Below are positions 17,688-26,444 of a stretch of 62,771 nucleotides of DNA, piece after piece. Both the position numbers and the translations under genes were made by a program. Source of the DNA: Pyrinomonadaceae bacterium (GTDB taxonomy: Bacteria; Acidobacteriota; Blastocatellia; Pyrinomonadales; Pyrinomonadaceae). How positions within the stretch are numbered: the first letter of the stretch is position 1; every line of letters starts with the position of its first letter. The stretch spans positions 1 through 62,771 of the forward strand of contig DASRIM010000061.1 of assembly GCA_035649995.1 (NCBI GenBank). Reading direction: 5' to 3'. The notes beneath the pieces are model-generated. The model saw only the letters and a list, made by a program, of their open reading frames with translations, searched no databases and was not told the origin of the DNA.

Positions 17688-19271
17688 TTATTTCAGATCC
17701 GAGGCGCGCCGCTTCTCGATCGACGTGCGCAACTCCTCCGGAGTGGCGGCGCGGCCATGCACTCCGTAGATCTTCTCCACCTCGAGTCCCAACTGCTGCA
17801 ATCTCTCGCTGAAACTGATCGTCGCGTCCTGGGCGATCGGAATCGTCCCATTCGCTGCCGGATTCAGTAGATCCGCCTGAAACAGGATCTTCTCCTTTGG
17901 TAAGTACGCGACGAGGATCTCGTTTGCGTGCGGGTTTGGTCCGACGTCGTAGATCTCGACGACGTGTTTGTCGTCCCGGAACACCCGTTTCTTGTTTTGG
18001 ATCGTCTCGATCGTCAGTTTCTTCTGCTGGCTGAGTTTCGGCAGCAGTGAAGATTGGGTTGCCGATGCTTTTTCGAGGAATGTCTTTGTGTTGGTCGTGG
18101 TGACGATCGTTGCGCCTTCGGCGACGTACTCGCGAAAGCCGCCGGCGTGATCGGAGTGATGATGCGTCAGGACCAGGTACTTGATCGGTTTGTTGGGCAC
18201 CGTCTCCTTGATCTTTTGGAGTGCCTGGACTGAGTTGCTGTTGTAAAGGATCTGTTCGGGCGCTTCGAGCACGAGGATGTGATCGTTGAAGGCGACGAAG
18301 AGAACGTTGTGCGTGCCGCCGGCCAGGCCTTGCAGGAGGTAAACGTCGTCGGCGACTTTGCTCACGGCTGGCGGCGGCGGTGTCGCCGGTGGCGCTGCGA
18401 GTTTCTCGAAATCGGTCGGGCCTGCGAACACGCTCTCGGCGGGCTTCGTGTTGATTTGCAAATCGGTGAACTCGACTTCCTGAACTACACCGCCTGAGTT
18501 GTAGAGCGTGCGGCCGCTTGGGAGTTTCAACTTGCCCAACGTGCGGTAGCCGGAATAGCTCTGCGCTATCTCCGAATCGCCCGTGACTGGATCGGCGTAG
18601 AGATAACCGTACCTGGTGAGCAGGTTCGTTTGGGCGTCGAAGGACAACGCCAACTGTTGATTGTCAGGGCGGATGACGCTGATTACTTTCTGTCGCTTAC
18701 CGTCCAGTTCGTCTTCGCCTACCCAGCGAAGAGTTTGCGCGCGGTCGAGGGCTTCGAGGAGGACGAACGGCGGGAGTCGTCGAATCTGTCCGCGGAAGTT
18801 GTTCACGGATGGATTGACGATGGGAGTCGCTGTTTTGGACCACATGTCGTAGTTGTGGCCTTCTTTGCCGTTGATGATTGTCCTGTTCCAGGTGTTGAAG
18901 CCTGTGTTGGCGGTCCTCAGTTCGTCGAAGACAAGTCCGCGTTCGGTGTCGACGATGAGCGTTTCTTCGGAAGTGCCGGTGGCGAATGGAGGTTCTGCTG
19001 CCGGGCTTTGATAGCGCGCGATGAGCTTGCCTTTCTCCTTCAGCGTGAAATCTTTGATGGAGCGCAGGGCTTCGAGCCCGCCGTGCGCTTCGATTGCGTC
19101 GTCGAGCACGCGGCGCGCTTGTTGATACGAGCGTTGGGAGGCGTTGAGTGACGCGCCATCCTTTCCGATGTCGCCGTCATGTTTCGTGCCGTTTAGTTTC
19201 TGCGCGATTGCCGGCGTCGCAGGAATCATGAGAATGATCGCAGCGACGATCACGAGTAGTCTGTGGTTCAT
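17688..19271 (-). CDS. Exported MBL-fold metallo-hydrolase
   Basis: It carries the HxHxDH motif (LVLTHHHSDHAGG) and a signal peptide (MNHRLLVIVAAIILMIPATPAIAQ). The ATG at 19271 has a GAGGAG SD; the track start at 19286 lies inside that SD. Confidence 0.85.
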   Translation of the reverse strand: MNHRLLVIVAAIILMIPATPAIAQKLNGTKHDGDIGKDGASLNASQRSYQQARRVLDDAIEAHGGLEALRSIKDFTLKEKGKLIARYQSPAAEPPFATGTSEETLIVDTERGLVFDELRTANTGFNTWNRTIINGKEGHNYDMWSKTATPIVNPSVNNFRGQIRRLPPFVLLEALDRAQTLRWVGEDELDGKRQKVISVIRPDNQQLALSFDAQTNLLTRYGYLYADPVTGDSEIAQSYSGYRTLGKLKLPSGRTLYNSGGVVQEVEFTDLQINTKPAESVFAGPTDFEKLAAPPATPPPPAVSKVADDVYLLQGLAGGTHNVLFVAFNDHILVLEAPEQILYNSNSVQALQKIKETVPNKPIKYLVLTHHHSDHAGGFREYVAEGATIVTTTNTKTFLEKASATQSSLLPKLSQQKKLTIETIQNKKRVFRDDKHVVEIYDVGPNPHANEILVAYLPKEKILFQADLLNPAANGTIPIAQDATISFSERLQQLGLEVEKIYGVHGRAATPEELRTSIEKRRASDLK

Positions 19272-19312
19272 AGTGGAGCTCCTCATTCAATCTCGTACAA
19301 AATTCGGTAGGC

Positions 19313-19330
19313 GTTCCAAAATTTTGGAAC
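19313..19330. promoter_or_regulatory. Perfect 18-bp palindrome GTTCCAAAATTTTGGAAC (candidate operator)
   Basis: Read directly from the sequence. It lies 42 nt upstream of the MBL-hydrolase ATG in an AT-rich spacer. Confidence 0.35.
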
Positions 19331-19461
19331 AAGGTGTGGGCTAACTTGTCTGCGGGAAGACTGCTGGTCTAATACTGAAAATACGTGCGAAAGGTTCAGT
19401 GAGAATTGTTAAGTAAAAACTTGTAGATGGTCCAATTTTTCGTGCGCGAACGAACCTCGAG

Positions 19462-20454
19462 TTACGCGGCTTGCTGGTGATCGTCGGGGCTTTTTTCGCC
19501 GCGCTCTTTGGCGTCGGGAGCGCCGGCTTCGGCGGCGGCGTTTTCGATTTCCGAGTTTATTTCACTCCCCACCAGGATGGCGGCGCCAGTGAAGTAGAGC
19601 CAGAGCATCAGGACGATCACTGCGCCGAGAGAACCGTAGGTCGTGCTGTAGGAGTCGAAGAAGTGCAGATAGGCTTTGAAACCGAACGACACCAGAAGCC
19701 ATAACCCCACGCCGATCGCCGATCCCGGCGTCAGCCACTTCCAATCCTGATCCTTTAGATCCGGAGCGAAGTAATAGATCAACGCAAATGACAACACCAT
19801 GAACGCAAACACGAGCGGCCACTGGATCGCTCTCCACGCGATCGGAAAAAACCCGCCGAGCTGATAGTGCGCCGCAAGACCGTCAGCGACCCTACCTCCG
19901 AGCAGCACCAGCAACAGCGCCGTAATCACTAAAACCGACAGTGCCATCGTCAACGTGATCGCCACTAAACGCTGTTTCCACCACGGACGCGTCTCCGTCA
20001 CATCGTACGAAATGTTCAACGCCTGCGTGATCGCACCCATTCCGTTCGAAGCCGCCCACAACGTCGCCAAAAGTCCGAACGAGAGTTTTCCCGCGCCGCT
20101 CGCGCCGGTGATCTCGCCCATCGTCGTGTCGACGAGTTGAAACGCCGCCCCCGGCATGACCTGACTCAGATAGTTGAACAGCGACGTGCGTACTCCCGAA
20201 TCAGACCCGAGGATCAACCCCAGCGCCGCTGTTAAAAAGATCAACAACGGAAAGAGCGCCAACAGGAAGTAATAAGCAAGCTGCGCGGCGCGCCCCAGCA
20301 CGTCATCTTCGTTAGTCTCTGACCAAACACGTTTCGCGAGATCCTTCCAACTGAGTCCGCTGAGTGTCCACATGCTATTCATGACGCACGCTCGATGAGC
20401 AAAGGTGATGCCAGTACCGGCTCGTCGTGAATCGGACAGACCTCTGTGAAACAT
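19462..20454 (-). CDS. YihY/BrkB family membrane protein
   Basis: AAQLAYYFLLALFPLLIFL and multiple TM segments are typical of YihY. The start is uncertain: it could be 20454 or the ATG at 20382 (MNSMWTLSG). Confidence 0.85.
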   Translation of the reverse strand: MFHRGLSDSRRAGTGITFAHRACVMNSMWTLSGLSWKDLAKRVWSETNEDDVLGRAAQLAYYFLLALFPLLIFLTAALGLILGSDSGVRTSLFNYLSQVMPGAAFQLVDTTMGEITGASGAGKLSFGLLATLWAASNGMGAITQALNISYDVTETRPWWKQRLVAITLTMALSVLVITALLLVLLGGRVADGLAAHYQLGGFFPIAWRAIQWPLVFAFMVLSFALIYYFAPDLKDQDWKWLTPGSAIGVGLWLLVSFGFKAYLHFFDSYSTTYGSLGAVIVLMLWLYFTGAAILVGSEINSEIENAAAEAGAPDAKERGEKSPDDHQQAA

Positions 20455-20811
20455 CTGTGTTACACAATAGGCAACATACGGTCACTCAACTCGAACTGCG
20501 TCGCTGACGGTTGCGGCATCAAGCTTGCCACAACAAGGTAGTGGTGACGGAAGAGGGCTTTAGACGGCTGAGAAAGAAACAGAAGGTGAATTTGTTGTAC
20601 TGAATCAAGGCGAACATACCCCAGACGCCAACTCCGCGATCGATTGATGGGCAAGTAGTAGCCAACGCAAGATTTGCCGGATTGGATTCGACCAAATTCT
20701 CGCACCAGCCGGCCAAGAACATCAAAGTCGCAGTTGTGGATTTGCTCCCGCGCAAGTCGTGTGTGTGTGCGGCACCGTCGAACTTAGGAAGATTGCATTG
20801 GAGGAATACCC

Positions 20812-21993
20812 ATGACTTCTCTACCTGATCTCGTCTGCTTTTCCCATCTCCGGTGGGACTTTGTTTACCAGCGTCCTCAACATTTGCTGTCGCGTTGCGC
20901 GAAGAATCGCCGCGTCTTCTTTGTAGAAGAACCTGTCTTCCGCAACAGCTCGATGCGCCTCGAAGTTCGCGAGACGGAGTCCGGTGTGTACGTTGTCGTA
21001 CCGCACCTGCCCGAAGGATTGAGCAGCGAGGTCGCGATTACGGCCGTGTTGAAAGAGATGACCTACCGGTTGTTCCTCGAAAACGCCATCAATGATTACG
21101 TGTTTTGGTATTACACGCCGATGGCGCTTCGCTTTACGACGCACTTCAATCCCATCGCTTCGGTTTACGACTGCATGGACGAGCTGTCGGCGTTTAGAGG
21201 CGCTGATTCGAGTTTGCCGGCCCTCGAGAAAGAGCTGTTCCGGCGTGTGGATCTCGTCTTCACTGGCGGTCAAAGTTTGTACGAAGCCAAACGGAATCAA
21301 CATCGCGCTGTTTACGCGTTTCCGAGCAGCATCGACGCTGCCCATTTTGGCAAAGCCAGGACGGCGACTGTCGATCCTGCCGATCAAGCGGACATTCCGC
21401 ATCCGCGCCTCGGTTTCTTCGGCGTGATCGACGAACGTTTCGATCGCGAACTGCTCGATCAAATTGCGTCACAACGGCCTGACTGGCACTTCGTCATGAT
21501 CGGCCCCGTCGTGAAGATCGATCCCGATACGCTGCCGAAACACGCAAACATTCATTACCTGGGCGGAAAGAAATATGACGAACTGCCGGCGTATCTGGCT
21601 GGTTGGGACATCGCGTTGCTCCTCTTCGCGCGCAACGAGTCGACCCGCTTCATCAGCCCGACGAAGACGCCGGAATACCTTGCGGCTGGAAAGCCGGTCA
21701 TTTCTACGTCGATCCAGGACGTCGTGCGGCCTTATGGCGAGCTCAAGCTCGTGGAGATCGCCGACACTGCGGACGATTTCATTCGTGCGGCGGAAAAGAT
21801 TCTGTCGCGATCAGCGGACGACGAATGGCTCGCGAGAGTCGATGCATTTGTAGCGAATCTCTCGTGGGACAAAACCTGGAGCCAGATGTCGGCGCTGATA
21901 GACAAAGTGGTGGAGCGAAAGCGACCCGTCAAGTCAACCAAACTACCGCTCGGCGCAATTGGAAAACAAACAGGCGCCGCGGCGATCCCATAA
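20812..21993 (+). CDS. Glycosyltransferase (glf-associated family)
   Basis: 393 aa. The N-terminal LVCFSHLRWDFVYQRPQHLLSR is the motif I associate with glycosyltransferases found next to glf. A GGAGGA SD is present. Confidence 0.8.
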   Translation: MTSLPDLVCFSHLRWDFVYQRPQHLLSRCAKNRRVFFVEEPVFRNSSMRLEVRETESGVYVVVPHLPEGLSSEVAITAVLKEMTYRLFLENAINDYVFWYYTPMALRFTTHFNPIASVYDCMDELSAFRGADSSLPALEKELFRRVDLVFTGGQSLYEAKRNQHRAVYAFPSSIDAAHFGKARTATVDPADQADIPHPRLGFFGVIDERFDRELLDQIASQRPDWHFVMIGPVVKIDPDTLPKHANIHYLGGKKYDELPAYLAGWDIALLLFARNESTRFISPTKTPEYLAAGKPVISTSIQDVVRPYGELKLVEIADTADDFIRAAEKILSRSADDEWLARVDAFVANLSWDKTWSQMSALIDKVVERKRPVKSTKLPLGAIGKQTGAAAIP

Positions 21994-22026
21994 ACACTCA
22001 CGCATGAACAAGGAGGGTTCAACGTT

Positions 22027-23259
22027 ATGTTTGATTATTTGATTGTAGGAGCCGGTTTCGCCGGCAGTGTACTTGCCGAACGGCTCGCGGCCGGTTCGGA
22101 TAAAAAAGTTCTCATATGCGATAAGCGTCCGCACATCGGCGGCAACGCGTACGATCATTACAACGAAGCCGGAATTCTGGTACACAAGTATGGTCCGCAC
22201 ATTTTCCATACCAACTCACGAGAAGTTTTCGAGTATCTTTCGCGTTTTACCGAATGGCGTCCTTATCAACATCGCGTGCGCGCCAGCGTAGACGGCCAGA
22301 TCGTTCCGATTCCCATAAATCTCGACACCATCAACAGTCTTTATGGTTTGAATTTGACGTCGTTTGAAGTGGAAGAGTTTTTTAAGAAGGTTGCCGAGCC
22401 GGTTGAGAGGATACGAACGTCGGAAGACGTCGTCGTCAGCAAGGTGGGACGGGAGTTATACGAAAAGTTTTTTCGCAACTACACGCGCAAGCAATGGGGG
22501 CTCGATCCTTCGGAGCTTGACGCCAGCGTGACCTCGCGCGTGCCGACACGCACCAACCGCGACGATCGCTACTTCACAGATACTTACCAGGCGATGCCGC
22601 TGCATGGCTTCACGCGAATGTTCGAGAACATGCTCGATCATCCGAACATCAAGATCATGCTCAACTGCGACTATCGCGAGATAGAGAAAGACATACCGTT
22701 CGGCGAGATGATCTACACCGGACCGGTCGACTCCTACTTCGACTATTGCTACGGCAAACTGCCGTACCGCTCGCTCGAATTCAAGCACGAGACGCACGAC
22801 GCGCCGGTGTTTCAGCCGGCGCCCGTCATCAACTATCCAAACGAGCAACTCTACACGCGCGTGACGGAGTTCAAGTATCTGACGGGACAGGAACACGCGA
22901 AGACGAGCATCGTGTACGAGTTTCCGAAGGCGCAGGGCGATGCTTATTATCCAGTGCCGCGGAAGGAGAACACCGAGTTATACGCGAAGTACAAAGCACT
23001 GGCCGATAGAACGCCGAAGGTACACTTCGTCGGCCGGCTTGCGACTTACAAGTACTACAACATGGATCAGATCGTCGCCCAGGCGCTGACGACGTACGGC
23101 AAGATGGCGGGAATGAAGAGAGTAGAAGCCGTCGTGCATCAGGGCAATGGCAACGGTAACGGCAATGGCAACGGCAACGGCAACGGTCATAACCGGCGCA
23201 CTCACGAGTATCCGATCATCATCAATAAGGAGATCGTGCATGGCGGCGGCCTGAGGTAA
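22027..23259 (+). CDS. glf: UDP-galactopyranose mutase with a low-complexity C-terminal tail
   Basis: MFDYLIVGAGFAGSVLAERL (FAD fold), DKRPHIGGNAYD and KYGPHIFHTN are present. The canonical part ends near aa ~365 and is followed by (GN)7G plus ~25 aa. Confidence 0.93.
   Translation: MFDYLIVGAGFAGSVLAERLAAGSDKKVLICDKRPHIGGNAYDHYNEAGILVHKYGPHIFHTNSREVFEYLSRFTEWRPYQHRVRASVDGQIVPIPINLDTINSLYGLNLTSFEVEEFFKKVAEPVERIRTSEDVVVSKVGRELYEKFFRNYTRKQWGLDPSELDASVTSRVPTRTNRDDRYFTDTYQAMPLHGFTRMFENMLDHPNIKIMLNCDYREIEKDIPFGEMIYTGPVDSYFDYCYGKLPYRSLEFKHETHDAPVFQPAPVINYPNEQLYTRVTEFKYLTGQEHAKTSIVYEFPKAQGDAYYPVPRKENTELYAKYKALADRTPKVHFVGRLATYKYYNMDQIVAQALTTYGKMAGMKRVEAVVHQGNGNGNGNGNGNGNGHNRRTHEYPIIINKEIVHGGGLR
23143..23187 (+). 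repeat. In-frame hexanucleotide microsatellite (GGY AAY)x7 encoding (Gly-Asn)7
   Basis: The sequence reads ggc aat ggc aac ggt aac ggc aat ggc aac ggc aac ggc aac ggt, in the glf reading frame. Confidence 0.95.
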
Positions 23260-23298
23260 AACGCATTTTGAAAAGAACGAACATGGGGGGAAGTTTTC

Positions 23299-23523
23299 AT
23301 GCATCTCAGGGATCGGGGCATTTATTGCCTGCCCAATGGACGTGAACTCGTTGCGGTTCGAGCTGGTGAAAACGGAAGTACTTCGTACAGACTTTGCTGC
23401 ACAACCAACGCCAACGGGGGCGACTATGAATTGAGCGATGATGGCCGCTTATTCTGCGAAGGGAGACTTACGGCCTGGGACATTTCGAATTTGTCCGATA
23501 CAGGGCGCACGATGACTCATTAA
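23299..23523 (+). CDS. Hypothetical small protein
   Basis: 74-aa ORF between glf and the GH2 gene on the same strand, with a purine-rich stretch upstream. I recognise no motif. Confidence 0.35.
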   Translation: MHLRDRGIYCLPNGRELVAVRAGENGSTSYRLCCTTNANGGDYELSDDGRLFCEGRLTAWDISNLSDTGRTMTH

Positions 23524-23527
23524 CGGC

Positions 23528-25315
23528 ATGCTTTTGAGCAAAAAAGAGATTCCCCGATCCGAATACCCCCGTCCACAATTTGTCCGCAGCCTTTGGTTCA
23601 ACCTCAACGGCGAATGGGAATTTGCCTTCGACGATGCTGAGGAAGGGCGCAGTCTGGGCTGGCATGACGGCCGGAAGCTGCCGCTGCGAATCACTGTGCC
23701 TTTTCCTTACCAGGCGCCGCTCTCAGGGATCAACGACAAGTCGATTCACGAAGTCGTTTGGTATGCGCGATCGTTTGAGTTGCCGGAGGAGTTTTACAAA
23801 CGAGACCTGCTCCTGAACTTCGGCGCCGTCGATTACGAGTGCACAGTTTGGGTCAACGGGCATGAAGTCGGGCATCATCGCGGCGGTCACGTGCCGTTCC
23901 AGTTCGATATCGCTCCTTATGTGAGGTCCGGAGAGAACCGGTTGACGCTACGCGTCGAGGATCGACAAGACCCGGAACAACCGCGCGGCAAGCAGTCCTT
24001 CACGGGCGTGCCCGAAGGCATCGATTATTACTGCACGACCGGAATCTGGCAGACAGTGTGGCTCGAGCCCGTTCCGTCGATGCGCATCGAAGAGCTGCGA
24101 ATCATCACGCACGCGAAAAGAAATCTCGTCGAGGTGTTTGTGTTCCTGCACGCGCCTTCTGCTGCGTGGCGCATAGAAGTTGAAGTGCTTGAAGACGGCA
24201 AGCGCGTCGCGATCGAGGAGGATCAAACCGCGGTTGCTACTGGCCGGCTCGCGATCACGATCCCTTACGCGAAACTATGGTCGCCTGAGTCGCCGCATCT
24301 CTACGACCTTCAGGTCCGATTGTACGAAGGCGACAAGTTGCACGACGAAGTCGGTTCCTACGTCGGTCTGCGCGGCATTGAACTGCGCGACGGCAAGTTT
24401 CTGCTCAACGGCAACCCAACTTACCTGAAGATGGTGCTCGATCAAGGCTTCTGGCCTGACGGTTTGCTGACTGCGCCGTCCGACGAAGCGCTACAGGCCG
24501 ACATCGGTTGGATCAAGATGTTTGGGTTCAACGGCGTCAGGAAGCACCAGAAGATCGAAGATCCGCGCTGGATCTATTGGTGCGATCGTCTCGGGCTGCT
24601 CGTTTGGGAAGAAATGCCGAACGCGAGGGGCTGGTCGTCGAAAGCGGAGGAGTTGTTATCGGCGGAGTGGCAGGACGCAGTGCGACGCGACTACAACCAT
24701 CCTTGCATCGTCGCGTGGGTTCCGGTTAACGAGAGCATGGGTTTTCCCGGATTGAGTCAGGAGCACGCGGGACAGTACGCCTTCATCGAGCGCATGGTCC
24801 GTGTCACGCGACGGCTCGACACGACGCGCCCGGTGATCGACAACGACGGTTGGGAGCACACGGACATCACGGACATCTGCGCGATTCATGACTACACGCC
24901 AACCGCGGAGAAGTTGTCGCTGCGTTACAAGGAGATGTTTAGCGGCGGAGATCTGCCGCCGAAGGTATGGATCGACAAACCGCTCTTTGCGCGCGGCTCG
25001 CGATACCGCGGCCAGCCGATCGTGCTTTCTGAAATCGGCGGCTTCCTCACGATCCCGCAGGACATACCACCGGAGAAGCGCGACCTGTTGTACCGGTTCT
25101 ACGACTCATTCAAGACGCCGGAAGAGTTGCAGGAAAAGTATTACGATCTGATGCGCGGGATCGCGTCGTTGAAATTCCTTGCCGGTTTTTGTTATACGCA
25201 ATTGACCGACATCGAGCAGGAGATCAATGGTCTGCTCACGTACGATCGCAAGCCAAAGATCGCCCCTGAGGCAGTTGCCGCCATTCACGCCGAGCTGTTC
25301 CGCGAACGCTCATAA
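23528..25315 (+). CDS. Glycoside hydrolase family 2 (possible beta-galactofuranosidase/galactosidase), cytoplasmic
   Basis: 595 aa. It has a GH2 N-terminal pattern (EYPRPQFVRSLWFNLNGEWEFAFD), an acid/base context (NHPCIVAWVPVNES) and a nucleophile context (IVLSEIGG). No signal peptide is visible. Confidence 0.82.
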   Translation: MLLSKKEIPRSEYPRPQFVRSLWFNLNGEWEFAFDDAEEGRSLGWHDGRKLPLRITVPFPYQAPLSGINDKSIHEVVWYARSFELPEEFYKRDLLLNFGAVDYECTVWVNGHEVGHHRGGHVPFQFDIAPYVRSGENRLTLRVEDRQDPEQPRGKQSFTGVPEGIDYYCTTGIWQTVWLEPVPSMRIEELRIITHAKRNLVEVFVFLHAPSAAWRIEVEVLEDGKRVAIEEDQTAVATGRLAITIPYAKLWSPESPHLYDLQVRLYEGDKLHDEVGSYVGLRGIELRDGKFLLNGNPTYLKMVLDQGFWPDGLLTAPSDEALQADIGWIKMFGFNGVRKHQKIEDPRWIYWCDRLGLLVWEEMPNARGWSSKAEELLSAEWQDAVRRDYNHPCIVAWVPVNESMGFPGLSQEHAGQYAFIERMVRVTRRLDTTRPVIDNDGWEHTDITDICAIHDYTPTAEKLSLRYKEMFSGGDLPPKVWIDKPLFARGSRYRGQPIVLSEIGGFLTIPQDIPPEKRDLLYRFYDSFKTPEELQEKYYDLMRGIASLKFLAGFCYTQLTDIEQEINGLLTYDRKPKIAPEAVAAIHAELFRERS

Positions 25316-25348
25316 CGCATTCATCTGTAAGGTTCTCGTACAAGATTC

Positions 25349-25498
25349 AACCACAAGAGGCACAAAACACAGAAGGCACAAAAGCCACAAAAGGCACAAA
25401 AGAAGTTGGAAGAGGAGAGAGTAAAGCTCTTAAAAGATCTCGTTACTCTCCTTTTTAAAACTCTTGTGCCTTTTGTGTCTTTTGTGCCTCTTGTGGTT
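25349..25498. repeat. Long imperfect hairpin repeat built from GGCACAAAAG-type units, copy 1
   Basis: AACCACAAGAGGCACAAAA (25349-25367) is the exact reverse complement of 25480-25498. The arms continue with (A/G)CACAAAAGG units, and there is an inner hairpin GGAGAGAGTAA/TTACTCTCC. It starts 34 nt after the GH2 stop. Confidence 0.88.
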
Positions 25499-25573
25499 AA
25501 CCTCTCCGCTGTGGCGCGCGAATTGAGTGCGTATTTTGTTGTATACGTCTGAATTCGAGAAGGAGAGCTTGCT

Positions 25574-25873
25574 ATGTCACAAGCAACGTCACATACGACA
25601 ACTAATCACAACGAGATTCGACGATGGGTTGAAGAGCGTGGTGGTCATCCGGCAAGGGTGAAGGGCACCGAGAAGGGCAAAACCGCCGGTGTGCTGCGAA
25701 TCGATTATCCGGGATTCTCCGGCGAGGACCGGCTCGAGGAGATCACCTGGGAAGAGTTCTTCGACGGCTTTGAAGAGAACGAGCTGGCGTTTATCTACCA
25801 GGACAAGACCAGCGACGGCGAGATCAGCCGCTTTTCAAAACTTGTCGATCGCAACGCCGCGAAAGACCATTAA
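25574..25873 (+). CDS. Conserved small hypothetical protein
   Basis: 99 aa with an AAGGAG SD. The pattern IRRWVEERGGHPARV...LRIDYPG...LEEITWEEFFDGFEENELAFIYQ resembles a widespread uncharacterised family. Confidence 0.7.
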   Translation: MSQATSHTTTNHNEIRRWVEERGGHPARVKGTEKGKTAGVLRIDYPGFSGEDRLEEITWEEFFDGFEENELAFIYQDKTSDGEISRFSKLVDRNAAKDH

Positions 25874-25922
25874 CAAACACGCAGCCGTACCGAAGCATGC
25901 GATGGGTTCCAGGGAGGGCTTT

Positions 25923-26444
25923 ATGGAAAGCAGAGCAAAACTGTTCGGGCATGCAATACACCCGATACTGATTGTTTACCCCCTCGGTTTGTTATCGACA
26001 GCCGTAATTTTCGACATCATCTACCTGGTCACTACTGACACGAGGTGGGCGACGGTTTCATTCTGGATGATCGCCGCCGGCGTCATCGGTGGTTTGGCCG
26101 CGGCGCTGTTCGGGTTGATCGACTATCTGAATATTCCGAACGGTACCAGGGCGAAGCGCATCGGCTTGCTCCACGGCGTCACGAACCTTTGCGTGATGAT
26201 GTTGTTCGCCACGAGCCTGTACCTGCGCAGCGGCTTGTTGGAGACGCCGTCGACGTTGGCGCTCGCGCTATCGTTTGTCGGAGTCGGTGCGGCGTTGATC
26301 GGCGGTTGGCTTGGCGGCGAGCTCGTCGAACGACTCGGCGTTGGGGTCGCGGAGAACGCGAACCTGAACGCTCCGAGTTCGCTGACGCAACCGGATCGCA
26401 ATGAGCTCCGCGTTGACAAGAACGTCCGGCATGCAACGAGGTAA
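25923..26444 (+). CDS. DUF2231-type membrane protein
   Basis: The start at the ATG 25923 (MESRAKLFGHAIHPILIVYPLGLL) has a GGAGGG SD. The upstream part of ORF 25689.. overlaps the previous gene and is Arg/Ser-rich. Confidence 0.72.
   Translation: MESRAKLFGHAIHPILIVYPLGLLSTAVIFDIIYLVTTDTRWATVSFWMIAAGVIGGLAAALFGLIDYLNIPNGTRAKRIGLLHGVTNLCVMMLFATSLYLRSGLLETPSTLALALSFVGVGAALIGGWLGGELVERLGVGVAENANLNAPSSLTQPDRNELRVDKNVRHATR

Noticed and set aside
25227-25424. 65-aa ORF ending in HKSHKRHKRSWKRRE
   Set aside because: It is simply a translation of the GGCACAAAAG repeat units of hairpin element copy 1 and overlaps the end of the GH2 gene. It is not a gene.
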